Below, in pieces: positions 18,827-28,058 of a stretch of 64,000 nucleotides of DNA. Numbering within the stretch: position 1 is the first letter of the stretch; the number at the start of each line of letters is the position of its first letter. The DNA lies in NCBI GenBank assembly GCA_963812525.1, contig CAWEVL010000007.1, forward strand, positions 9-64,008, in the 5' to 3' direction. Both the position numbers and the translations under genes were made by a program. A model generated the notes under the pieces. It was given only the letters and a program-made list of their open reading frames with translations, had not been told where the DNA came from and searched no databases. The DNA is from an uncultured Acidimicrobiaceae bacterium. Lineage in GTDB: Bacteria > Actinomycetota > Acidimicrobiia > Acidimicrobiales > RAAP-2.

Positions 18827-19422
18827 CTGCCCGTAGCGTACAGACCTCGCTGGTGGATGCAACGGATCACCGCCTCGGGTACCAGCCCGTCCACCGGCTC
18901 CCCGTGCTCGAGGCGCCGGCGCAGCTCGGTGCTGGAGACGTCGAACGGGGCGGCCGGGACGTCGACCGCCCGCCAACCCGGCGGAACGGGCACCGGCGCC
19001 ACCCCGGGACGCCCCACCACCGCCAGGGTGACCAGCGCCCGGAGTGCGGCCTCGTCGTGCCAGGAGGGGAGACCGGCCACCACATCCGACCCGACCACCA
19101 CGGTGAGCTCGGCCCCCGGTTCGTCCGCCAGCAGCCGGCGGACGGTGTCCACGGTGTAGGACGGCCCGCCCCGGTCGATCTCGATGCGGCTCGGCTCCAG
19201 CCCCGGCCACCCGGCCACGGCCACGGCCACCAGGGCGAAGCGGTCCTCGGCCGGCGTGACCGGGCGCTCCCCTTCTTTCTGCCACGGGTGGTTGGCCACC
19301 ACCAGCAGCATGCGGTCGAGGTCCAGGGTGGTCCGGACCACCTCGGCCAGCTCCAGATGGGCGGTGTGGACCGGGTCGAAGGTCCCCCCGAAGATGCCGA
19401 TGCGGGGGCCGGGCCGGGACAC
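18823..19422 (-). CDS. nadD: Nicotinate-nucleotide adenylyltransferase
   Basis: IGIFGGTFDPVHTAH motif. 199 aa. Confidence 0.9.
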   Translation of the reverse strand: MSRPGPRIGIFGGTFDPVHTAHLELAEVVRTTLDLDRMLLVVANHPWQKEGERPVTPAEDRFALVAVAVAGWPGLEPSRIEIDRGGPSYTVDTVRRLLADEPGAELTVVVGSDVVAGLPSWHDEAALRALVTLAVVGRPGVAPVPVPPGWRAVDVPAAPFDVSSTELRRRLEHGEPVDGLVPEAVIRCIHQRGLYATGR

Positions 19423-19424
19423 CG

Positions 19425-20354
19425 CTAGGTACCGGCGAGGGCGGCCACCACCGGCTCCAGCGCCTCCATCTCCGAGTCGTGGACCACCACATAGGAGAAG
19501 CCGAACTCCTCCCGCCGCTGCTGCAGGGTCTCGATGATCTGGTCGGTGGTGCCGATCAGGGCGATGGGCGAGCCGCTGACCTGCTCGGGGGAGACCGAGA
19601 GCAAGTCGGCCAGTCGGGCGACGGCCTCCTCACGATCCGGCACCACCTGGACCAGGAACGTCAGGACCTGCAGTTCGAGCTGGTCGAAGCGGGCCCCCGC
19701 CGCCTGCCGGATCCACTCGATCCGCTGGTGGTAGTACTCCGCCGAGGTGGTCTCGAGGACCTCGGGTCCGACGTGGCCGGCAGCCAGGCTCGGGTTGACC
19801 CCGACGATGTCGGCCTCCCGGGCGGCGATGCCCAGGACCCGCCGGCCGCCGCCGCCGACGATGATGGGCGGATGGGGCCGCTGCACCGGTTCGGGCGCTC
19901 CCTGGGCTCCCGTGATCCGGTAGTACTCGCCCTGGTAGGTGGCCTCGCCCGTCGACCACAGCGCCTTGAGCACGGCCAGGCTCTCGGCCATCCGGGAGAT
20001 CCGCACACCGGCCGAGTCGGCGTCGATGCCGGACTGCTCGTAGTCGCTGGTCATCCAGCCCGCTCCGAGGCCGAACTCCACCCTCCCCCCGGAGAACACG
20101 TCGAGGGTGGCCACCTCCTTGGCCAGCACCACCGGATGCCGGTAGTCGTTGCCGAACACGAGCGACCCGACCCGCAGGGTGGCGGTGGCCTCGGCCGCCA
20201 CCGTGAGGGCCACCAGGGGGCCGAACTGGTCCTCGAAGTGGTCCGGGATGAACAAGGTGGCGTACCCGAGGTCCTCGATCCGGCGGGCGGTGGCGCGCCA
20301 GGCCGCCGGGTTCTCGGCCTTGGACAGCTGGACTCCGAATCGAAACGGGGGCAT
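19425..20354 (-). CDS. Luciferase-like (LLM class) F420-dependent oxidoreductase
   Basis: FGVQLS...LGYATLFIPDHF...GRVEFGLGAGW pattern of the LLM/F420 family. Confidence 0.8.
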   Translation of the reverse strand: MPPFRFGVQLSKAENPAAWRATARRIEDLGYATLFIPDHFEDQFGPLVALTVAAEATATLRVGSLVFGNDYRHPVVLAKEVATLDVFSGGRVEFGLGAGWMTSDYEQSGIDADSAGVRISRMAESLAVLKALWSTGEATYQGEYYRITGAQGAPEPVQRPHPPIIVGGGGRRVLGIAAREADIVGVNPSLAAGHVGPEVLETTSAEYYHQRIEWIRQAAGARFDQLELQVLTFLVQVVPDREEAVARLADLLSVSPEQVSGSPIALIGTTDQIIETLQQRREEFGFSYVVVHDSEMEALEPVVAALAGT

Positions 20355-20391
20355 GGCCCGAGCCTAGGGCGGGAGGCTTTACGCTGGTGGT

Positions 20392-21750
20392 GTGGCACAG
20401 GATTCCCCGACGACCGCCTGGGCGCCCGATTCGTGGCGGGCCCGACCCGCGGTCCAACAGCCGGTGTGGCCCGACGAGGGCGAGTTGAAGCGCGTCCACG
20501 CCCAGCTCGCCGGTCTCCCGCCATTGGTGTTCGCCGGTGAGGCCCGTCATCTGACCCGCGGGCTGGGGGAGGCGGCCCAGGGCCGAGCCTTCGTCCTCCA
20601 GGCGGGAGACTGCGCCGAGTCGTTCTCCGAGTTCAGCGCCGACGGCATCCGCGACAAGCTCAAGGTCATCCTCCAGATGGCGGTGGTCCTCACCTACGGG
20701 GCCGGGGTGCCGGTGGTCAAGCTGGGTCGGATCGCCGGCCAGTTCGCCAAGCCCCGCAGCTCCCCCACCGAGATCGTCGGCGGTCAGGTGCTGGACTCGT
20801 TCCGCGGCCACATGGTCAACGACGACCTCCCCGAGAGGACGGCCCGGGTGCCCGATCCGAACCGGCTCGTGGCGGCGTACCAGCAGTCGGTCTCCACCCT
20901 CAATCTGCTGCGGGCCTTCACCAAGGGGGGCTTTGCCGACCTCAGTCAGATCCACCAGTGGAACCAGGAGTTCGTGGCCTCGTCCACCGAAGGCCAACAG
21001 TTCGAGGACATCGCCGAAGGTATCGACCGGGCCCTCCGGTTCATGGCCGCCTGTGGCATCAACCTCACCGCCGAGGACACCCTCCACCAGGTCGACTTCT
21101 GGACCAGTCACGAAGCGCTGATCCTCGACTACGAGGAAGCCCTGACCCGTCGGGACTCCCTCACCGACGAGTGGTACGACTGCTCTGCCCACATGCTGTG
21201 GGTGGGCGAGCGGACCCGTCAGCTGGGCGGCGCCCACTGCGAGTTCCTCTCGGGCATCCACAATCCGGTCGGAGCCAAGGTGGGGCCGTCGGCCACCACC
21301 GACGACGTCATCGGACTGTGCCAACGGCTCAACCCGCAACGGGTCCCGGGCCGACTGACCCTGATCACCCGCCTCGGCGTCGACCGCGTCGAGGCCGGGC
21401 TGCCCCCCCTGCTGCGAGCGGTGCAGGAGGAGGGTCATCCGGTGGTGTGGGTCTGCGATCCCATGCACGGCAACACGTTCACCGCCGAGGGCGGCCAGAA
21501 GACCCGGCGGTTCGACGACATCATCGGCGAGCTCCGGGGGTTCTTCCTGGCCCATCGTGAGGTCGGTACCTGGCCGGGTGGCGTGCACGTGGAGCTGACC
21601 GGGGACAACGTGACCGAGTGTCTCGGCGGGGTCGAGGACATCGTCGAGGACCAACTCCACCAGCGCTACACCACCACCTGCGACCCCCGGCTCAACGGCC
21701 GCCAGTCCCTGGACCTGGCGTTCGGCGTCGCCGAGCTGCTGCGGGCCTGA
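20392..21750 (+). CDS. aroG: Class II 3-deoxy-7-phosphoheptulonate (DAHP) synthase
   Basis: 452 aa with a WRARPAVQQPVWPD N-terminus and the typical class II length and motifs. Confidence 0.9.
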   Translation: MAQDSPTTAWAPDSWRARPAVQQPVWPDEGELKRVHAQLAGLPPLVFAGEARHLTRGLGEAAQGRAFVLQAGDCAESFSEFSADGIRDKLKVILQMAVVLTYGAGVPVVKLGRIAGQFAKPRSSPTEIVGGQVLDSFRGHMVNDDLPERTARVPDPNRLVAAYQQSVSTLNLLRAFTKGGFADLSQIHQWNQEFVASSTEGQQFEDIAEGIDRALRFMAACGINLTAEDTLHQVDFWTSHEALILDYEEALTRRDSLTDEWYDCSAHMLWVGERTRQLGGAHCEFLSGIHNPVGAKVGPSATTDDVIGLCQRLNPQRVPGRLTLITRLGVDRVEAGLPPLLRAVQEEGHPVVWVCDPMHGNTFTAEGGQKTRRFDDIIGELRGFFLAHREVGTWPGGVHVELTGDNVTECLGGVEDIVEDQLHQRYTTTCDPRLNGRQSLDLAFGVAELLRA

Positions 21751-21763
21751 CCGGCCGCGCCGT

Positions 21764-21778
21764 CGGGCTGCGAGCCCG
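21764..21778 (+). terminator. Small hairpin (cgggct-gcg-agcccg) 14 nt after the aroG stop
   Basis: 6-bp stem read directly. Confidence 0.3.
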
Positions 21779-21943
21779 GCTGCGTCGTCGCTGTGGGTGC
21801 GGGGGGGTCATTGACCCGTCTCCCCTCAGCAACGAGACTGGGGCGGTTCCGGGGCGTCCGGGATGCCGCCGCCTCGGCCTCCCATCACCAGCGTGCACCG
21901 CGGTCCCGCCCCACCGCCACGACCCTCGGAGACGCCCTTCACC

Positions 21944-23546
21944 ATGCCCTTCGCACCGATGCCGCGCCGCTCGTCCGCTCCCGCGTGGGGCGACGGGCGG
22001 CACTCGTGGCCGCGGAGGGCACTGGTGGCCGCGGTCGGGACCCTCTGCCTGATCCTCCCGCTGGTGGTCCCCTCTGCCGTCCTCGCTTCCGCCGATACCC
22101 CGACACCGCATGTGCCGGGCGTCTCCGCCTACTGGCTGGTGGCCTCCGACGGTGGCATCTTCTCGTTCGGAGGCGCCCCGTTCTACGGCTCCACCGGCAA
22201 CATCCACCTCAACCAGCCCATCGTGGGCATGGCCGGCTCGGCCAACAGCAGTGGCTACTGGCTGGTGGCCTCCGACGGCGGCATCTTCTCGTTCGGGAGC
22301 GCCCCGTTCTACGGCTCCACCGGCAACATCCATCTGAACAGGCCGGTGGTGGGCATGGCCGCCGTTCCCAACGGCACCGGCTACTGGTTGGTGGCCTCCG
22401 ACGGCGGGATCTTCGCCTTCGGCCAGGCCCCGTTCTACGGGTCGATGGGCGGCCAGCACCTCAACCAGCCCATCGTGGGCATGGCGGCCACGCCGGACGG
22501 CCACGGCTACTGGCTGGTGGCTGCCGACGGGGGGATCTTCAGCTTCGGCGACGCCCACTTCTACGGCTCGACCGGGAACATCAACCTCAACCGGCCCATC
22601 GTGGGGATGACGGCCACCGCGGACGGGGGTGGCTACTGGTTCACCGCCGCCGACGGCGGGGTCTTCTCCTTCGGCGACGCCAATTTCTACGGCTCCCTGG
22701 GTGCGGTGCCCCAGAGCCGGCCCATCGTGGCCATGACCGGATCGGCCGACGGCGGGGGCTACTGGTTCTCCAACAACAACGGGGCGGTCACCGCCTACGG
22801 CGACGCCACCTACTGGGGATCCGCGCCGCAGGTGCTCAACCGGCCCATCGTGGGCATGGCCCGGGCCGTCGGGAACGGCACCTTTGCCGGCTCCTCCTAC
22901 CAATCGGGGTCATTCGGTTACGACGTCTCCAATTTCCAGTGCGGGGATCTCTCCGCCCCAGCCCCACACCATCGCCATCGTCCAAGTGGAGGGAAGGTCG
23001 CTCGGGACCACCAATCCGTGTCTGCAGAATCAGGCCCAATGGGCGGGCGGCGGGCTCAACCTCTACATCTTTCTGACCTTCGGACAGGCGCCCACGTCCG
23101 GCGACCCGAGTTGTGCGGGTAGTGCCTCCCCGACGGCCTGCAACTACGGATTCAACGCCGCGTTGGACGCGTTCCAGAAGGCATCGATTCCCGGAGTGAA
23201 CACCGCCGTGCCCTGGTGGATCGACGTCGAGGGGTATTCGATCCCAGGAGTACCGTCCTGGGCGGCCCCCTCGGACAACGCCGCCCTCATCCAGGGTGCG
23301 CTCGACGGACTGCACTATGAGGGCCTCAACAGCGTCGGCATCTACGCCAGTCCCGGAGTGTGGAACGGAATCGTCGGACCGAACTACGGACCGGCCGTTC
23401 CCTACTGGATGGCCTGGTATTCGGGAAACGGCGGTCCCTACAACTGCGCCAACATCGGCCAATGGACGGCGACCCACACCTTGCCGAAGCCCCTGGTGCT
23501 GACGCAGTACGCCTCGAACACCTTCGACGAGGACTACGCCTGCTAG
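21944..23546 (+). CDS. Secreted protein with six 42-aa repeats (propeller-like) fused to a lysozyme-like (GH25/Rv2525c-like) C-terminal domain; apparent +1 frameshift near 22956-22965
   Basis: Signal peptide (ALVAAVGTLCLILPLVVPSAVLASA). The repeats are in the frame of ORF 21863..23122. GYDVSNFQCG continues as PQPHTIAIVQVEG...WWIDVEG in the frame of ORF 22884..23546. Confidence 0.7.
22130..22885 (+). repeat. Six tandem 126-nt coding repeats; consensus [42 protein letters not shown]
   Basis: Exact 126-nt periodicity. The first 75 nt of copies 1 and 2 differ at only 3 positions. Confidence 0.9.
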
Positions 23547-24342
23547 CCCGTCTGAGTCCCGCCCGGCCAGGTGGGCGGCGTCGTTGTAGCCCAGCAGCCG
23601 CCACCGGCCGTCGTCCACCTCCCAGGTGGTCAGGGAGGCGTGCCGGGTGCGGAGCTGGAGGCGGGCTCCCTCCGAGCCACCGGCCACCGGCACCTTGGCC
23701 AGCAGCGAGGCCTCGATGACCCCGGCGTGACAGGCCACCACCACCAGCTGGCCCGGGTGGTCGGCGGACAGGGCGTCCAGCGTGCCGGCCACCCGGGCAC
23801 GAAGCCGGCCCAGCTCTCCCCCCGGGGGCGATGGGCTGGTGGGGATCGGCGTCCCAGTCCAGCGTTCCGAACCGTTCCGTGTACTCGTCCCAGCCGAGAC
23901 CGTCGGCCTCGCCGGGATGGAGCTCGCACAGGCCGCACTCGGTCACCAGCTCGGGCGGCTTGGCCTGCGCCCCGTGGGCGTCGTCGGCGGCCACCAGGGC
24001 CGGGGCCAGCAGCTCGGCCGTCTCGATGGCGCGGGGCAGGATGCTGGCGTACAGGGCGTCGGTGCCGGCCAGCTCACCGGTCCGGGCCAGGCGGTCCCGG
24101 AGCGAGGTCACCTGACGGCGCCCGAGCTCGGTCAGCCCCTGGCAACCGATGGGGCCCCCGCACACCCCGGAGACATTGCAGGTCGCCTCGCCGTGCCGGA
24201 CCAGGACGATCCGGGTGGCGCCGGTCGGGTCCGGCCCGACGGTCCGGATCCCGGCCGGCACCGGCGGCACCGCACCGGGGTCCTCCGGGCGACGCGACCC
24301 GGCGCCGGCCAGGCCGTCGAATCCGGCCGGCCCGGGGCTCAC
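23543..24342 (-). CDS. Histidine phosphatase (phosphoglycerate mutase superfamily); frameshift at the C6G5 run 23818-23828; 3' end uncertain
   Basis: RIVLVRHGEATCN (RHG motif) is in the frame of ORF 23326..24594. VACHAGVIEASLL is in the frame of ORF 22836..23792. The GTG start at 24342 overlaps the VWA stop (GTGA). The stop is probably the TAG at 23543-23545, which requires one more 1-nt correction. Confidence 0.7.
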
Positions 24343-25826
24343 GCCAGCTCCCCGACGAACTGCTCGAGCTGTCGGAGGGTCCGGCACTCCACCACGTCGT
24401 CGCAGTGGACCGCGTACTCGCCGACGATGGAATCCCCCGAGTCCCAGTAGGCCCGGGGCTCGGGATTCAACCAGTAGACGTGCCGGGCCCGGGCCCGGAG
24501 TTCCTTGACCACCCACGCCTGGGAGGCGTGGTAGTTGTTGCGGGCGTCCCCCAGCAGCAGGACGCTGGTGCGCGGCGTGATCTCCTCGCCCCAACGCTCC
24601 CAGAACACGGTGAAGGCGTGCCCGTAGTCGGAGTGGCCGTCCACCCAGATGACGTCGGCCTCGGTGTTGATCCGCTGCACCGCCTCGGTCGGGTCCTCCA
24701 CCCGGTCGAAGAACCGGCTGACCTCGTCCACCCCGTCGATGAAGACGAAGCTGCGCACCTTGGAGAACTGGGAGCTGATGGCGTGGACCAGGTGCAGGGT
24801 GAAGCGGGCGAAGCTGGCCACCGAACCGGAGATGTCGGCGATCACCACGATCTCCGGCTTGGACGGCCGCGGGTAGCGGAACTTGGGATCGACGGGCACC
24901 CCGCCGGTGGAGAGGGAGTGACGGACCGTGGAGCGGAAATCGAGCGGGCCCTTCCGTCCGTGCCGGCGCTTGCGGGCCAGGCGGACGGCCAGCTTGCGGG
25001 ACAGGGGCACCAGGGCCTTGCGCAGGGCCACCAGTTCGTCCCGGGTGGCGTGCATGACGTCGATGTCCTCGGGCAGGGGCTTGCGCAACGACTTGGCCAG
25101 GGCCTCGCTCCCCCGGTCGGCCACCAGCCGGCGCCGGATCTCGTTCTCGATCTCCGCCCGCAGTTGGTCGATGCGGGCGGAGAACTCGTCCCTCAGCAGT
25201 CGCTCCTCCAGGGCGGTCAGCGTGACCGGCGGGCCGCCGGCCGCCGGGTCGTCGTTGAGGGCACTGGTCGAGGCCCGGGCTTCGGCCAGCAGGCGCTCCA
25301 GTACCCCGTCGAGGTCGAGGTTCCGCAGCGTCCGGTAGAGGTAGTAGGTCCCGCCCACCGGTCGGCCCGCCTCCATGCCGGCGTACCGGCTCACCGCCTG
25401 GCGGGCCACCGCCGCCACCATGGAGCTGTTGGCCCCGAGCAGGGCCTTGTACAGCAGGTCGGCCAGCTCCTCGGGCGTCATCCCCTCGCCCCCGCCGCCG
25501 CCCCGGCCGCGACCCTGGCCGCGCTGGTGGCCCTGGCCGTGCATCTGGCCGGCGTCATCGGTCGACAGCGGGTCCGAGTCGTCCTGGTCGTCGTCGATCC
25601 GGTACTCGGGCCCGCGGAGCGAGAAGTAGATCTCGAAGGCCGTCTCGTAGGCCCGCCAGTGCGACGACGACTTCACCAGGCTGGCCCCGAGGGTGTACTT
25701 GATGGCCTCACGGTCCTCGATGGGCACGTGGCGAAGGGCCTCCGCCGCGTCGAGGTGCTCGGTCAGCGACACCGGGATGCCCGCGGCGCGCAGCTCGCCC
25801 ACGAAGCCGGTGAGGAGATCGAGCAT
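24339..25826 (-). CDS. VWA domain protein of the CoxE type
   Basis: The C-terminal half (IVVIADISGSVASFARF...VLLLGDARNNY...VYWLNPEP) matches VWA_CoxE. ATG at 25826, 17 nt after the MoxR stop. Confidence 0.85.
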   Translation of the reverse strand: MLDLLTGFVGELRAAGIPVSLTEHLDAAEALRHVPIEDREAIKYTLGASLVKSSSHWRAYETAFEIYFSLRGPEYRIDDDQDDSDPLSTDDAGQMHGQGHQRGQGRGRGGGGGEGMTPEELADLLYKALLGANSSMVAAVARQAVSRYAGMEAGRPVGGTYYLYRTLRNLDLDGVLERLLAEARASTSALNDDPAAGGPPVTLTALEERLLRDEFSARIDQLRAEIENEIRRRLVADRGSEALAKSLRKPLPEDIDVMHATRDELVALRKALVPLSRKLAVRLARKRRHGRKGPLDFRSTVRHSLSTGGVPVDPKFRYPRPSKPEIVVIADISGSVASFARFTLHLVHAISSQFSKVRSFVFIDGVDEVSRFFDRVEDPTEAVQRINTEADVIWVDGHSDYGHAFTVFWERWGEEITPRTSVLLLGDARNNYHASQAWVVKELRARARHVYWLNPEPRAYWDSGDSIVGEYAVHCDDVVECRTLRQLEQFVGELA

Positions 25827-25843
25827 GGCGGTGTCCCCCGACC

Positions 25844-26752
25844 TCAGTCGGTGGATTCCACCCCGGCCAGCTCCTTGGCGGCCCGGTCGATGTCGGTCTG
25901 GTACTTCAGCAGGATGTGGAGGGTGTCCCGGGCCTGCTCGACATCGATCGACTCCACCCCCAGCACGACCAGGGTGCGGGCCCAGTCCAGGGTCTCGGAC
26001 ACCGAAGGGTCCTTCTTCAGGTCGAGGGTCCGGAGGGAGCGGACGATCCGGGCCACCTGGTCGGCCAGGGCCTGGCTGATCCCCGGCACCCGGGTCTCGA
26101 TGATCAGTCGCTCCCGCTCCAGCTGGGGGTAGTCGATGTGCAGGTACAGGCACCGGCGCTTCAGGGCCTCCGACAGCTCGCGGGTGTTGTTCGAGGTCAG
26201 GAAGACCAGCGGGATCTGGGTGGCCCGCACCGTGCCCAGTTCGGGGATGGACACCTGGTACTCCGAGAGGATCTCCAGCAGCAGGGCCTCGGTCTCCAGC
26301 TCCACCCGGTCCACCTCGTCGACCAGGAGGACCACCGGCTCCTCGGACCGGATGGCCTCCAGCAGGGGACGGGCGAGGAGGAACTCCTCGGCGAAGATGT
26401 CCTCTTCCAGCTGCTCCCAGGACTGGCCGGAGTCGGCCTGGATGCGCAGCAGCTGCTTCTTGTAGTTCCACTCGTACAGAGCCTTGGACTCGTCGAGGCC
26501 CTCGTAGCATTGGAGCCGGATGAGCCGGCTCCCGGTCAGGCGGGCCACCGACTTGGCCAGCTCGGTCTTGCCGGTGCCGGCCGGGCCCTCGACCAGTACC
26601 GGCTTGGCCAGCCGGTCGGCCAGGAAGACGACGCCGGAGATCCCGTCGTCGGCCAGGTAGTCCACCCCGGCCAGGCCCTGGCGCACGGCGTCGATGGAGT
26701 CGAAACGGGGGGCGCCGGCCACCGGGAAGCCGCTGGTGATCTCCTGGGTCAC
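25844..26752 (-). CDS. MoxR-family AAA+ ATPase (CoxD/CbbQ-like)
   Basis: Walker A GPAGTGKTELAK and Walker B VLLVDEVDR. The GTG start overlaps the proA stop (GTGA). Confidence 0.9.
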   Translation of the reverse strand: MTQEITSGFPVAGAPRFDSIDAVRQGLAGVDYLADDGISGVVFLADRLAKPVLVEGPAGTGKTELAKSVARLTGSRLIRLQCYEGLDESKALYEWNYKKQLLRIQADSGQSWEQLEEDIFAEEFLLARPLLEAIRSEEPVVLLVDEVDRVELETEALLLEILSEYQVSIPELGTVRATQIPLVFLTSNNTRELSEALKRRCLYLHIDYPQLERERLIIETRVPGISQALADQVARIVRSLRTLDLKKDPSVSETLDWARTLVVLGVESIDVEQARDTLHILLKYQTDIDRAAKELAGVESTD

Positions 26753-28005
26753 GACCGCACCTGCCCGGAGCCGTTGACCACGTACTTCACCGAGGTCAGC
26801 TCACGCAGGCCCATCGGGCCGCGGGCGTGGAGCTTCTGGGTGGAGATGCCGATCTCCGCCCCGAGGCCGAGCTCCTCGCCGTCGATGAAGCGGGTGGAGG
26901 CGTTCACCAGCACCGCCGCCGCGTCCACCTCGGCGGTGAACCGGTTGGCGGCGGCCAGGTCGCCGGTCACGATGGCCTCGGAGTGCCCCGAACTGAACCG
27001 GGCGATGTGGTCGATGGCCCCGTCGAGGTCGTCGACCACGGCCACGCTCAGGGTGAGGCCCAGGAACTCGGTGGCGAAGTCGTCGTCGCTGGCCACGGCC
27101 ACGTCGGGCAGGACGGCCCGGGTGGCGGCGTCCCCCCGGAGGGCCACCCCGGCCAGCGAGGCCGCCATGCGGGGTAGGAAGGCACCGGCCACGTCCCGGT
27201 GGACGAGCACCGTCTCGGCGCTGTTGCACACCCCCGGGCGCTGGGTCTTGGCGTTGACCACGATGGACTCGGCCATGGACAGGTCGGCGGCCCGGTCCAC
27301 GTAGACGTGGCAATTGCCCGCCCCGTCGAGGACGTAGGGGACGGTGGCGTGCTCGAGCACGGAGGCCAGCAGGGACGGCCCACCCCGGGGGATCAGGCAG
27401 TCGATGCACCCCACCAGCTGCATGAACGAGACCGCCGAGGCCCGGCTGGTGTCCTCCACCAGGGTCACCGCGTCGAGGGGGAGGCCGGCCTTGTCCAGCC
27501 CGTCCCGGAGGGCGCCGGCCACGGCCAGGTTGGACGTGATGGCCGAGGAGGACCCCCGCAGCAGCACGGCGTTGCCTGCCTTCAGGCACAGGCCGGCGGC
27601 ATCACTGGTCACGTTGGGCCGGTTCTCGTAGATGATCCCGACCACGCCGAGCGGGACCCGCACCCGCTCCACCCGCAGGCCGTTGGGGCGCACCCAGCCG
27701 TCGACCACCTCCCCCACCGGGTCGGGCAGGGCGGCCACGGTGCGGAGGCCCGCGGCCATCCCCTGCAGCCGGCCGGGGTCGAGGCGCAGGCGGTCGACGG
27801 TGGTGGCGTCACTGCCCGCCGAGGCCGCCCGTTCCAGGTCGACACGGTTGGCGGCCAGGATGGCGTCGGTCCGTTCCGCCAACAGGTCGGCGGCCCGGTG
27901 GAGGGCCTCGTTGCGGGCGGCCGACGAGGCACGGGCCACCAGCCGACTGGCCGCCTTGGCTCGCTGCCCCAGCACGGTCACGGGGGTGGGTGGGCGCGTC
28001 TGCAC
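26749..28005 (-). CDS. proA: Gamma-glutamyl phosphate reductase
   Basis: GVVGIIYENRPNVT...CNSAETVLVH motifs. GTG at 28005. The upstream 330 aa of track ORF 26749..28995 is a shadow overlapping proB. Confidence 0.9.
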   Translation of the reverse strand: MQTRPPTPVTVLGQRAKAASRLVARASSAARNEALHRAADLLAERTDAILAANRVDLERAASAGSDATTVDRLRLDPGRLQGMAAGLRTVAALPDPVGEVVDGWVRPNGLRVERVRVPLGVVGIIYENRPNVTSDAAGLCLKAGNAVLLRGSSSAITSNLAVAGALRDGLDKAGLPLDAVTLVEDTSRASAVSFMQLVGCIDCLIPRGGPSLLASVLEHATVPYVLDGAGNCHVYVDRAADLSMAESIVVNAKTQRPGVCNSAETVLVHRDVAGAFLPRMAASLAGVALRGDAATRAVLPDVAVASDDDFATEFLGLTLSVAVVDDLDGAIDHIARFSSGHSEAIVTGDLAAANRFTAEVDAAAVLVNASTRFIDGEELGLGAEIGISTQKLHARGPMGLRELTSVKYVVNGSGQVRS

Positions 28006-28058
28006 CGTGTCAGCGTACTTGCCGAGCTGGCCGTACCGGCGACCCGGGCCGCTCGGGA

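Noticed and set aside
21751-21943. Possible c-di-AMP (ydaO-type) riboswitch upstream of the lysozyme-like gene, as seen before some actinobacterial cell-wall hydrolases.
   Set aside because: I could not find the conserved ydaO sequence blocks or the pseudo-twofold architecture by eye. Only a short GGTCATTGACC palindrome is present. A covariance-model scan would be needed to be sure.
22836-23545. Continuation of the histidine phosphatase frame for another 235 aa, overlapping the convergent lysozyme-like gene.
   Set aside because: The sequence after ...LLGYNDAAHLAG is Arg/Gly/Val-rich with no homology signal, and it lies antisense to a well-supported domain. A 1-nt correction reaches the TAG at 23543-23545, giving a normal-length protein.
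23543-26752. MoxR-VWA cassette as a candidate anti-phage defence system.
   Set aside because: No nuclease, effector or mobile-element context is present. The genes are start/stop-overlapped with core biosynthetic genes, which favours a housekeeping chaperone role.
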